Below, one piece after another: positions 27,596 to 38,900 of a stretch of 64,000 nucleotides of DNA. Within the stretch, counting starts at the first letter, position 1. Every line of letters starts with the position of its first letter. The notes beneath the pieces were generated by a model. The model worked only from the letters and a program-made list of their open reading frames with translations, was not told the DNA's origin and made no database searches. This stretch comes from Candidatus Poseidoniaceae archaeon (GTDB lineage: Archaea; Thermoplasmatota; Poseidoniia; Poseidoniales; Poseidoniaceae), in NCBI GenBank assembly GCA_938075675.1, contig CALJHE010000003.1, forward strand, positions 51,738 to 115,737, in the 5' to 3' direction. The translations under genes and the position numbers were made by a program.

Positions 27596-28858
27596 ATGAG
27601 TGGATTACTTGACAAAGCCAACGCATCGAAAACCGAATCGGAACCAACCCAAGTGACTGTTGTTGCTGAAAAGGTGACTATCGTTTCTCAGCAACCTGCT
27701 GCACAAATTTCATCCTCAGTAAGTTCCCAAGGTCCAGACACTCCACTTCGACTTACCATTGCAGGTTGGATCACGATTTTTATTGGAGGCATTTTTGCTT
27801 TACAAGGCGGCGGAATGGGCATTCTTGTCGTACTTGCTGTTTTGGTTGTAGGGACTGGACTTCTTGTTCAGTCTGAACGAATGGCCGACCGTGAAATGAA
27901 TACCATCAAACTCGGAATCTCGATTTTCATCGCAGTCCTCGTTGCTGCAGGCCCGTATGCTGCTTTTTACCTCGTGCCTGCCGATACATCGCTGGCACTG
28001 ACCGAAATCAATGTGAGTGAAGAATCGGATGAACTTACATTTTACGTCCGTGGTTCTTTTGACTCAGCATCAGCAACCATTACGCTTGATGGAGAATCGT
28101 TGTGGTCGGACACTTTGCAGTTGAACAATGACCGAGCCAAATTCAAAGCGCCCCTCGCAGCATTCTTTTCCGGCAATGCTCAAGATTATCGCCTTGCATC
28201 AATGAATGAATACATCATCGAAGTCTCTTCGAACGACGGTCAATCGAAAACAGCTGAAATCACACCAGCACTTCTCAACCGTGAGGTTCTAAATTCAGGC
28301 GCTCGTATTTCAGAAGTTCTTCGTACTCAAACCTCTGGCAGTGGAAGTCAAGCAACGACCACTACCACGGTTGAGGGTGTCATTGTGGAATCCATTATGG
28401 GTCTCTTTGCACCGGGTGAAAGCCCCCAAGACAATGGAGAACATTCGATGACCAATCTTGCACTGACGCCGGTTGCGTCTGATTACACCGTTCAACTTCG
28501 AGTCAAGAAAGGCAGCACGACAGAATACAGTTCTCCGATGATTGAAGTGAACGGTTTTGATGCAACGTGGACCAGTTCAGTGGATGGCGCCAAAAGCGGT
28601 AAAACAAACGGCTGGCTTGGCCTTCCTGGGACTGCAATGGACAACTGGGCAGGCGGTAGCGGTGCTACAGAATTCCTCGACAAGGACTCATTTTACGATG
28701 AGGCAGGTTGCTATACTTTTGAAATCGTCATCACCAACGAATTCTACGCAGGCATGACTGATGTCGACTCAGATGCAACTGGAATTACTGTCAGCAGTAA
28801 CTCCTGGCAACTCAACTTTGACGGCGAAAATGAGCAACGAACGATGGAAGTTTGCTGA
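27596..28858 (+). CDS. hypothetical membrane protein with extracellular C-terminal domain
   Basis: About 60 aa cytoplasmic N-terminus, 3 TM helices, then a Ser/Thr-rich extracellular domain. Confidence 0.45.
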   Translation: MSGLLDKANASKTESEPTQVTVVAEKVTIVSQQPAAQISSSVSSQGPDTPLRLTIAGWITIFIGGIFALQGGGMGILVVLAVLVVGTGLLVQSERMADREMNTIKLGISIFIAVLVAAGPYAAFYLVPADTSLALTEINVSEESDELTFYVRGSFDSASATITLDGESLWSDTLQLNNDRAKFKAPLAAFFSGNAQDYRLASMNEYIIEVSSNDGQSKTAEITPALLNREVLNSGARISEVLRTQTSGSGSQATTTTTVEGVIVESIMGLFAPGESPQDNGEHSMTNLALTPVASDYTVQLRVKKGSTTEYSSPMIEVNGFDATWTSSVDGAKSGKTNGWLGLPGTAMDNWAGGSGATEFLDKDSFYDEAGCYTFEIVITNEFYAGMTDVDSDATGITVSSNSWQLNFDGENEQRTMEVC

Positions 28859-28934
28859 ACAACTCGACTCTTAAGCGAACGGTTACTTACATCCAAAGGA
28901 AGTTTGCTGAAGTCGTAATGGACGAACGGCAGGC

Positions 28935-30653
28935 CTAGTCCTCTTGCTTTGCAGAATCATCTTCCTCAGTTTCAGTGTCTTTCGCTTCTTCCGCCTCTTC
29001 AGTACCGGTTTCCTCAGGTATTGGCTCTGCTACATCACCGTAGTTCGAGTCTTTGGATGTCGCACGCAGTGATAGCATTGCACTGGCTCCGATGATAATC
29101 AACGCTAGTATGCCATAGACAACGAGTGGTTGGTCTTCAGTCTCGTCGCCAATGTACCATCCGACTTCTTGTGAATTGGCGCCTTGAGTGTTCGTGATGT
29201 CCTCGGAAATCGATCTGAGTATATTCGGAATTAATGTTCTGCAATTCAGAACTTGCGGTCCATCTGTATTTGTCCTCCAAGATACTGCAAGGTTCTTTTC
29301 TTCACCAGGTGCAAGTGAAGTGGTCAGCGTTGTCGTATCGGCTAAGTCATCCCCCACGTAGCACCATATGTTCACGGTCGCTGCGGAGTCGCCAGTATTT
29401 CGAACAACTACCTTGGCTCCAATCCATTTGTTCGTATCAGCGGTAGTATCTTCTGTATCGATTGAAACAACTTCGATGTATGGGAGTGGTATGTTGACGA
29501 CTGCATAAGGGGATTTGGGAGCGGATGTGATAATCGAAAAATCGCCCCACCCGGAAGAAAGTGTCAATGTGATTTCCGCATCTTCGGAGTGGTATTCTCC
29601 GTTTTGGTCTACCCATTCGACAATTCTTCTCCATTCACTACCACCAATGTCAATTTGGCCGTTCGCATCGGTAACATCATCTCGGATTGATGCACCGTAA
29701 CCAATACCCGTTTGGTGAACGGTGGCGTTTGGAGAATTTGTTTGAATGATCCGTTGCGAGAGCAGACGAATCCACGCATCTGTGGTGCCTCCTGTCCCTT
29801 GCGAGTTGGTGTAGGAGATTTCCGCATGGTCATGAACGATGATGTCTTCATCGGTACGGCTGCCTTGAATGAAACTGGAATTTACAGAAAGGCTTGAACC
29901 GTTTTCAACATGAATCGGGGCGCTTCCAATCAAATCACTCGATTCGATTTCACATACACCGGCACACAAGATATCAGCGCCAAATATGGCACTGTTCTCC
30001 ATATGCATGGTTCCAAATACCGTCATTGAAAACGAAGCCTCGCTCCAAGTTAGGCTTCCATTGGTTTGATTGATTTCATGAGCGGCGAGTATTGGCATTT
30101 CACCGCTGCCAGTATGAAGTGCTTGAAGAGATGTAATCTGAATCGGGAATACATGATAGATGTAAAAATCAACAACAATGTCTGTGCCATCGAGGGGCAC
30201 TTCAATGGATACAGTGTCTTGGCCTGCGGCATCCACTGTTTGGTCTCCAACGGTGATGTTCATCATTGCGGAAGTCGAGACGGTTTCTTCGAAGTTGAAT
30301 TGAATCGTCCCAGTCTCAGCAAGATCGCCAAAGTTTAGATGAAACTGACTGTTGTTGGTGAGTGATAATGCCGAATTGATATCTTCTCCAGTTAGTGAAC
30401 CGTTTAGAATGAGTTGTCCACCATCTTCGACCGTTATTGCATTGTTGGGACCAACAGTCATGTCGGCGTCGATGGTTAATGTTGCGCCATTTTTCACCAG
30501 AACATTTCCGATCATCGCTTGTGATTCCGACCAAGTTTCGTCAGCGTCAATGATTACATCATTACCGTCACTGGGCGGAGCTGCATTTACATTCACCATG
30601 CCAGCGAAGGAAGTGAAAATCAAGAGTATCATCAGTGTCAAAGCAGTTCGCAT
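28935..30653 (-). CDS. hypothetical secreted surface protein, C-terminal TM anchor with acidic tail
   Basis: Signal peptide from the in-frame ATG at 30653 (MRTALTLMILLIF...). The track start 30722 would overlap carS. C-terminal TM helix plus a Glu/Asp-rich tail. Confidence 0.45.
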   Translation of the reverse strand: MRTALTLMILLIFTSFAGMVNVNAAPPSDGNDVIIDADETWSESQAMIGNVLVKNGATLTIDADMTVGPNNAITVEDGGQLILNGSLTGEDINSALSLTNNSQFHLNFGDLAETGTIQFNFEETVSTSAMMNITVGDQTVDAAGQDTVSIEVPLDGTDIVVDFYIYHVFPIQITSLQALHTGSGEMPILAAHEINQTNGSLTWSEASFSMTVFGTMHMENSAIFGADILCAGVCEIESSDLIGSAPIHVENGSSLSVNSSFIQGSRTDEDIIVHDHAEISYTNSQGTGGTTDAWIRLLSQRIIQTNSPNATVHQTGIGYGASIRDDVTDANGQIDIGGSEWRRIVEWVDQNGEYHSEDAEITLTLSSGWGDFSIITSAPKSPYAVVNIPLPYIEVVSIDTEDTTADTNKWIGAKVVVRNTGDSAATVNIWCYVGDDLADTTTLTTSLAPGEEKNLAVSWRTNTDGPQVLNCRTLIPNILRSISEDITNTQGANSQEVGWYIGDETEDQPLVVYGILALIIIGASAMLSLRATSKDSNYGDVAEPIPEETGTEEAEEAKDTETEEDDSAKQED

Positions 30654-30696
30654 GATAACACTCACACTGTGGTGTTTTATAGGCTTCTCTCCGGAA

Positions 30697-31362
30697 TCAA
30701 TAGGGCACATCTTTCCATCCAATTTTGTAACCTAGAAGGTTGAATGAACGATGAAGTATAGGTGTAATGGCGACCAAGGCCACCATTGGGAGTAAGAGTT
30801 CTGAGTCGGCAAGTATGGACGTGCCGAGGAATAATTGGCCCGCTAAGAACACCATTATCGCAAAAGGAAGAGTGTCCAAAAGAGGTGCCTTCGAAGAGAT
30901 GTCACCTTCTCGCTTAAGTCCGCGACGGCGTTTGACAAATGAACCGCTGCTGTCTCCGACTAGGCAGAAGAATCCGAGGAACGTCCCGAGAATGAACGCA
31001 GTCATATGGTCGCCTCCGAGACTGAACCATGTTCCTTCAGCACCTTGCAATGGGTGGGTGAAAATACCATTTTCTCCGATAGCGGCTCCTGAGGCGGGAA
31101 TGTCACCCATAAGCGAGACAATGAGGACGCTGAGCAGGCCGGAAGTGAGCGAGCCTCCAATCAATCCATTCCATGTTTTTCCATCGCCAAGAATACGGTT
31201 TCCGTCGCTAAGTGTGCGGCCACCATCGATAGGCCAAGGCCCATATCCCGTTTTTGGCAACCACTTGCCCCACAGCATGGCAAAGGTGTTAGCGAGGAAT
31301 CCTGGCATATACAACCAGAGCGTTAGGATACAGAGTTCTAAAAATTGCATGAAGCTCACCAA
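30697..31362 (-). CDS. carS: CDP-archaeol synthase
   Basis: Strong family motifs: PIDGGRTLSDGNRILGDGKTWNG, GDSSGSFVKRRRG, PLLDTLPF, C-terminal YKIGWKDVPY. Confidence 0.8.
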   Translation of the reverse strand: MVSFMQFLELCILTLWLYMPGFLANTFAMLWGKWLPKTGYGPWPIDGGRTLSDGNRILGDGKTWNGLIGGSLTSGLLSVLIVSLMGDIPASGAAIGENGIFTHPLQGAEGTWFSLGGDHMTAFILGTFLGFFCLVGDSSGSFVKRRRGLKREGDISSKAPLLDTLPFAIMVFLAGQLFLGTSILADSELLLPMVALVAITPILHRSFNLLGYKIGWKDVPY

Positions 31363-31492
31363 GGCTTGGACCTTTACATGTCACGCTTGGTGGGCGGTCT
31401 TTGAAGCATCCCCTTTGTTCGAGTGATTTTGCGTCAAATGTCCAAACCTCTCTCACGATGAGATTATGTGATGGCAAGGGTGGAGTACAAAC

Positions 31493-32767
31493 ATGGCTGG
31501 GAAGGTTGTACTTGTTGTCGGCGGTGGTGGGAGAGAACACGCACTTTGCATGGGTCTTTCACAATCTCGCCATGTGTCGCAGTTGCATTGTACACCCGGC
31601 AATGCAGGGACTGCATCTCTCGGAACAAACCATTCGGTTTCTGCATCCGACATCACAGGTTTACTTCGTCTCGCTCAAGAGTTATCTGCGGACCTTGTCG
31701 TTGCAGGACCGGAAGCACCGTTGTGCGCAGGACTGGCTGACGAACTTTCAGTACATGGAATTCCTTGTTTTGGACCTGTTAAGGCTCTTGCCCATCTTGA
31801 GGGTTCGAAACTTCACGCGAAAGAGGTCATGCGTGCAGCAAATGTTCCGACTGCGGCCTTTCACGTACTGGAGCACGGAAGTGATATCGACGCTGCTTTG
31901 AGTGATTTTTCTGGACAACCATGGGTCGTTAAGCGAGATGTGTTGGCTGGCGGCAAAGGAGTTGTTGTTACCGAAGACCGTGCTGAGGCATTGTCCTTCA
32001 TCCAATCTTCAATTGAAACCGATGGAAGGGTTTTGCTGGAAGAATTCCTTCCGGGTGAGGAGGCGAGTATGTTGGTCGTCATGGATGGATCTGGTTTCGT
32101 CTGTCTCCCTGCCAGTCAAGACCACAAAAGAGCATACGATGGGGACAAAGGGCCAAATACGGGTGGAATGGGTGCGTACTGTCCCGCACCAGTTGTCACA
32201 AATGAGATACGTGATTTGACCGTTCAAACCATCATTGAACCGATGCATGCTTACCTGTGTGCTGCGGAGCAACCCTATCGTGGTGTGCTTTACGTTGGCC
32301 TCATGATTCCAGAATCCGGACGTCCAAATGTGGTCGAATTCAATGTCCGATTTGGTGACCCCGAATGCCAAATCACACTGCCCCTCATCGAGTCTGACTT
32401 GTTCGAATTGCTGAATGCAGCAGCCACAGACGACCTCTCGAAACTTGAGGTTAAGTTTAGTACTCTTCATGCTGCAACGGTGGTATTGGCTGCTGAAGGG
32501 TATCCAAGTTCTCCAGTCAAGGGTCGCACTGTTCGAGGTGCTGAATCCGGGCCAATTTCATCTCCAAACGGCAAGGCATGGGTCAGTCATGCAGGAACTG
32601 CTCGAGGCTTGAACGGTGAATTAATTTCAACCGGTGGGCGAGTACTTGCATGCAGTGCCACCGGTCCGACGCTCAAAGTTGCAGTGGAGATGGCATATTC
32701 TCTTCTTGATACTATTGAACTTGAAGGGTCTCACTACAGAACAGACATCGGTTTCCGTGCTTTGTGA
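31493..32767 (+). CDS. purD: phosphoribosylamine--glycine ligase
   Basis: N-terminus KVVLVVGGGGREHAL, ATP-grasp core, about 424 aa. Confidence 0.85.
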   Translation: MAGKVVLVVGGGGREHALCMGLSQSRHVSQLHCTPGNAGTASLGTNHSVSASDITGLLRLAQELSADLVVAGPEAPLCAGLADELSVHGIPCFGPVKALAHLEGSKLHAKEVMRAANVPTAAFHVLEHGSDIDAALSDFSGQPWVVKRDVLAGGKGVVVTEDRAEALSFIQSSIETDGRVLLEEFLPGEEASMLVVMDGSGFVCLPASQDHKRAYDGDKGPNTGGMGAYCPAPVVTNEIRDLTVQTIIEPMHAYLCAAEQPYRGVLYVGLMIPESGRPNVVEFNVRFGDPECQITLPLIESDLFELLNAAATDDLSKLEVKFSTLHAATVVLAAEGYPSSPVKGRTVRGAESGPISSPNGKAWVSHAGTARGLNGELISTGGRVLACSATGPTLKVAVEMAYSLLDTIELEGSHYRTDIGFRAL

Positions 32768-32941
32768 GTCGTTTTGGCACTTACTTTTTACCGTTTAAAT
32801 CGACATCCGAAACAGCGCTCAATGTGATGCAGCAAGGCATTCATCTGTTGTCCTTTCAGCGGAGTCATTAAAAGAGGCTCTAAAGTGGCGAAGACGCTTC
32901 AGCCTTGCTGCTGTCGCGCAAACACCTTTGAGGGAAAAAAT

Positions 32942-35900
32942 ATGGAACAAATAACTGGCACAAAAAGCACTGCGCCAGCGGCACCGTTGGGATGGCTTAT
33001 CGCCCCCCTAGCAGTTCTGCTCGCACTCGCAGCTATCAAGCTCGTCGGCATTGACTTCGAGCTTACCGCAGATAACTTGGCACCGATGTTGATCGTCGGC
33101 GCCGCAGGCATCCTGGGTCTGGTCCCGTCGATGCTTGACCAATCCAAATCCGCATCAGTTTCCAAGGCCACTCTTTCCCTCTCCACTTTGGCCGTGGCGC
33201 TTATCGGTGCTCAGGCAATTTACATGCTTGACCATGGAGCATTCTCTGGTCTCCTGTTTGCTTTCGTTACGTTTGGCGTTCATTTCATGAGCAGCCGTGG
33301 CCGACACGAACTTGCGACCATCATCGTATTCATCGCTATGGGTGTAAACGTTGGAATGTTCATCGCATCTGATGCACTCACCACGCTACCTGAGATTTAC
33401 AATCTGGCAGCAGAGGGTGAACAACAAAGTTTGGTTTCAACATTCAACTTGAAAAACCAGGCTGTAGGCTACCTCTTCTTCTCACACCTTACAGTTTTTA
33501 CTCTCGTCGGTGTGTTGGTTGCAACCCTCGCCCGGGGTGTAATTACTCCTGTTGGTGAAGCCGGTTGGTTCAGTTTCTTGAACAACGATACGAGTTCAAA
33601 GTTCAACAAGAACAACCTTCCTCTACAAATTGCATTGACCGTTTGGGCTTTGGCTCACATCGGCAGTCTTTGGCACTTTGAGACTGTTAGCATTGCTGAC
33701 AAACTCGGAATTACTTCAGCAGCAGATTACCACGGCATCGTTGGCTATTGGCAAGCGTTCTTCACTGGAATTGTGGCAATTGTTGTTGCAGGTATGTACT
33801 CAGAACGATGGCACACTCGTGCCATGACCCTCGGTTCTCTATGGGTGCTCTACGTTGTTTCGTCTTGGTACGATGCAGGAATGTTTTCGATGGATCTCCT
33901 CGAAGGCAACTGGGGCAGTTTGATTTGGCTCGGACTTACCTTCTTCATCGGCGTCGGTATTTACTCAATTTCAACCCACGAAAAGTGGGGTGGCTGGGTT
34001 AACCGTGACGATCACGAATACTCCGGCGCTCGTAAGTTCTGGAATCAACACTGGTCCAGTGTACTGATTGGTCTCGCATTCTTCTTTGGTTTAGTCATCC
34101 GAACACAATGGTATGTTGTACCATCAATGAACGCTTTCGGAACCGGAAACTGGGACATGACCGGGGGTTCTGACCCTTGGTACATGAAGCGTGTCGTCGA
34201 TTACATTCTAGCAAACAACGCACACCTTATTTTCGATGCAGACCGCTCCTATCCAATAGGTGGGATCAACCCTCGACCTCCGATTTTCACTTGGTCTGTT
34301 GCAGTTGTTGCAACGCTTCTTGAACCGTTCTTTAGCAACGGTGATGCAGTTTGGTGGGCTATACTCTCCCTTCCTGCAATTTACGGTGCTCTCACCATTC
34401 TACCGGTGGCTTACATCGCACGTGAACACATCAACGAAAAGGCTGCAGTTGTCGCTGCTTGGCTGATTGCTTTCATGCCGGCTCACGTGAGTCACACGAC
34501 ATGGGCACTTGCTGACCACGACGCTTTCATCATGCTCTTCATCACACTCGGATTCATGTTCTGGCTTCGAGCGGTGAAGTATGCAGGTAGCGAGCGATTG
34601 TTGCGCTCCTCATCCCCATCGGCTTTGTCATTCATAAACGCATTTACCGCCGTCACGCAAGAACGCCGTGCCGCACTATCAGCCGCAGTTCTTGCCGGTG
34701 TGAGTTTCGGTATCGTTTCGCTTGGGTGGAAAGGTTTCGTCGTCGGTCCGTCAATTATCTTCCTGGCATACGCTGCTCAGGTCGCACTCAACATGTTCCG
34801 CCGCCGAGATTCAACGACACTCAACGTCTTGTTCCTCACCATGCTTGCTGTGAACTTCTTGATGGCCCTTCCTTTCTATGGTCACCCTCAAATCGACCTC
34901 ATGCTTGATGGAACTGGCCTTCAACCGTTCTTGTTTATCGTGATCTTTACGCTAGCAATCAGTTTCGTTACCACTGGATTCCGTGACAAGCCATGGTTGC
35001 TTGTCCTCGGTGTTCTTGCTGGAACTGGAACAATTTTCTTCATTGTATTGTGGCTCCTCAAAGAAGCGAACCTCTCCAATGCTTGGGATGTCCTTTTCAC
35101 CGGCAGTGGCTATTTCACGAAGACCAAGATTTTCGGAACTGTTGCTGAAGCAAATGCCCCAAACCGTGGACAGTTGTTTGCACAATTCGGACCGATTACC
35201 TTTGTCCTTTCACTTGTTATGGGTATTCTCTGCATTTGGTCGGCTCTACGTGATCGAAAGCAAACAAAGCTCGTATTTGGCGTCTGGATTCTCGCTGCCT
35301 CGTTCATGGCTTGGACTGCAGCACGTTTCATGTTCAATGCAACACCTGCAATTGCAGTTCTCGGCGCTTGGGGAATTGTTTCCCTTTGGAAGTGGGCAAA
35401 CTGGGAAGGCATGGTTAAAACATGGAAGAAGATGGGAATTCGTTCTCCAGAAGACCGTATCCGTGGTGCACGCAAGGCCCTTTGGCGCACTCCTTCCTTC
35501 TCTGCAATCATGCTCGTCATGATTATGTTGTTTGGACAACAGTTCACCTATGGTCTTGATGCTGCTATCCCTTCCAGCAACAATGCAGAAGACGATATTG
35601 ATGAAACAATTTACAACCTCATCCCTGATGTATTCCGCTGGGAAATCGGCGGTTTTTCGTTACTTGACGACAGTACTTACGACGGAAACTGGTATCTCGG
35701 TTCTTTCGGTTCTGGATTTAATGACAACGGCTGGAACTCGGCATATGAGTGGCTTGCTGAACAGGATCAAGACATGAAATATTCTGAGCGCCCTGCCTTC
35801 GTCTCTTGGTGGGACTATGGTTTCCAAGCCCTCGATACTGGTGAGCATCCGTCTGTATCCGATAACTTCCAAACAGGAATTCCTGCTACCGGTAACATGT

Positions 35901-38900
35901 TACTTGCTCGAAGCCAAGAAGACCTCGTATCGATGTTTATTTGGCAACTCGGTCAAGGCGACTTGACTTACAATGTGGCGAACACAGGGAACTCAGAGTT
36001 TACAAACGGTTACCAGAGCATCGTCGGGTCATACCTCACCGCCGAGCAAATGAAAATCTTCAACGAAATTTCGACCAGTGTCGATACCGATGAAAGAGTT
36101 TCATTTGCAAAGTTAAACAGCTACGAAGTCTATCGCACGAACGACGATACAGTCTTGGCGAGAGGATACCATCATACCGACGGAGTGTTTGATGACTCTA
36201 CACAGTACTGGAGAGTTTACGATGAAGGGGAACGCCTCCTTTGTACCGATTCGCTTTCCACTACATGTGTTGATGGTGACTGGTCTTCAGAAGCAGAAGC
36301 GGAAAACACCTTCTCGAACAATATTCGTACTGGAAATGACAACATCAATCGGGTCACTCACTACATTATCGGAGACTATTGGTACACCGCTGACCTCATC
36401 GAGGAATATGGATCTGTATCCACAAACCTCCACCGGTCAAACACAAGATTGGCACTCACCGTTCAACTCCTCTCCAACAGCCTCGACTCAGGAGATATCA
36501 TTGACATGTATGACGATCTCATCAACATGGAAGGCTATTACACCGTACAAGATTACGACGGTGCACCAGGCGAAACAGTTGACCGTGACCACGAAATCCG
36601 CTACTATGCTATCGATAACCGGTTGTACCCTCGTGCGGGACGTTACACTGCCGACATGAACTACAACCAAGGTCAACCCATGGGAATCTTTGGCGCACCG
36701 ACGATTCTTAGCGGCCAAGATGTTTCCACTTACATGGATGAAGTCTACGAAACCATCCGTGGCGAATTCCCAGACGAAATGACCCGTGCTGAAGTTGACG
36801 AAGCGATTACCCAAGATTTCCTTAACCAACAATCTGGTGCAGATATCGATCCGCTGCAAGTCCAAGACGTCCGTGTCGACCACAATTCTGCGTTCTTCGA
36901 CACCATGCTCGCACGAGCATATGTTGGATACGGTGCATCAACGCTAGGCGTAGATGCTGGCTCATCCAACCCTCAACCTGCTCAGCATTTCGGTCAATCC
37001 GGTAGCCCCGGAAGCATTTTGAGTCAAGGACTGCCTTTGCCAGGTGCAATGACCAACCACTTCGTTATCTCGAACTGGTACTCACCTGAAGCAAACTCTT
37101 CGGTTACCGCAGAAGAGCAAACAGTAGGTATCTCCTCAACCAACACATTGGTTAAGATTCTCAAGTACTACTCCGGTGCAGAAATATCCGGTCAAGTCAC
37201 CATGTCTGATAATGGACAGCCATTGCCTGGTGTTCGCTTGCTTATTGAGCGAGACGCATTCTCCGGTGAAGGTGCAGAAGATTTGGACCCAGATACATAC
37301 TGGGTCCCAATTGGCTTTACAGATGCTGATGAAAACGGCCAATGGTCGTTCGATGCACCTGCTGGTCGAATCCGTGTCAGCGTATACGCTGGCGACTTCG
37401 ACCCAACTGTTGCGCAAGACAACATCCGCTCTGGTGCATTCTCGCAAGGTCTTGGGGACATCCTAACAGAAACCAACGACGATCGAACCATCAACGACAT
37501 TACGGCCATCCTCGGCGAAGTTGCGAACATGAGTTGGCTCGGTGAAAACCAACACAACATCACTGCTGAGCAAGCAGACAGCAACGCTCCAGTCGGTGCC
37601 GATTTCGACATCGCAGTTGAAAGCAGCGGTATCTCTGGAGAAGTGACATGGAGTGGCCATGAATCATTCGACGGCGATGCACTGGTGAGTACAGAGTTCA
37701 TTCTGCGCAACATTTGGTCATTGACCGACAATTACACACTGACGACCACCAACGGCTCTTTCACTTCATCCGACAGCAGAATCCTGCAGGGCTCTGGAGA
37801 AGCAACCTTTGTCGAAAACGGTACATTTGAAAGCGATGGTGTCGCCTTTGCAGACGACTTTACTGGAACCTTTACCCGTTCCATCGGCGATAAGCGAGTT
37901 TACACCAGTAACGGTACATGGGACGGTAAAGGAACACTTCTTGCTTCATGGATCGCTGAAGAGAATGTCTTGGATTGCTTGGATAACGAAACAGCACCTA
38001 TGCCTGAAAATTCCACAGTATGTATTCAGGACAGCACAACTTCACCGGTCACATACTTGTTGGATGGCGCTGTTGAAGCAAACGGTCGTTTGACTTCCGA
38101 TGGCATCTCGACTCTGGTTACAGAACACGTTGGTGATTCGTTTGAAGCAACAGGTTCTTTCGAAGGCACTGGTACTCTCAACGGCACAGGCTTATTCATT
38201 GGTGTTGGATCTTTCAGCGGTGAAATGGTTCAGCCTGGTTCATTCTACCTCACCGGTCTTTTACCTGGTGTTTACAACATGATTGCTCAACTTGACAACG
38301 GCAAAGAAGTTCTCCTTCCAGACCCAGTCAATGTTGGCATTTCTCCATCGTATGACCTTGCCATGACAATGCCTGGCTCCATCTTTGAAGATACACTGCA
38401 AGATTTCTATGAAGAAAAGCTTGTCAATGAAGTCATTGAATGGGTTGATACAGACCTCGGAATGGATTCATTGGTCGAAATACACACCGATGAGGATGGA
38501 AACTTCTCGTATGGTCCTATCGCATCTGGAGAATACTTCTACCGCGTTGACATCGACAACGATGGCTGGTATGAACTAAACGAAACGATTTATGCACGTG
38601 GTGAATCTGAAAACTTCACACTCGCTATGGATGTACCTGAGATGTACGACATCTCTCTACAGTTGACATCACCAGTTGACCCACAAACGCAAACTCCGTA
38701 TGCGGATGTGGCTCAAAGAGTCGTCACATTTACCAATTCAGACCCACTGTTCGGTCCCCTCAATGCAACTTCTGATGAAACCGGGATGGTTTACATCGAA
38801 CTGCCAATGGGTGCGTACACAATATCTGACGAATCTGGCGATGACTACATTCTGTTCGATTATGTTGAACTCAACAATGAAGACGTCACCATGAGCAGTG

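Noticed and set aside
30767-31426. 219-aa plus-strand ORF
   Set aside because: Antisense to carS, which has strong family-specific motifs. Spurious.
34983-35547. 179-aa (+) and 145-aa (-) ORFs inside the AglB-fusion gene
   Set aside because: Alternative-frame or antisense ORFs within a gene whose frame carries the STT3 motifs. Spurious.
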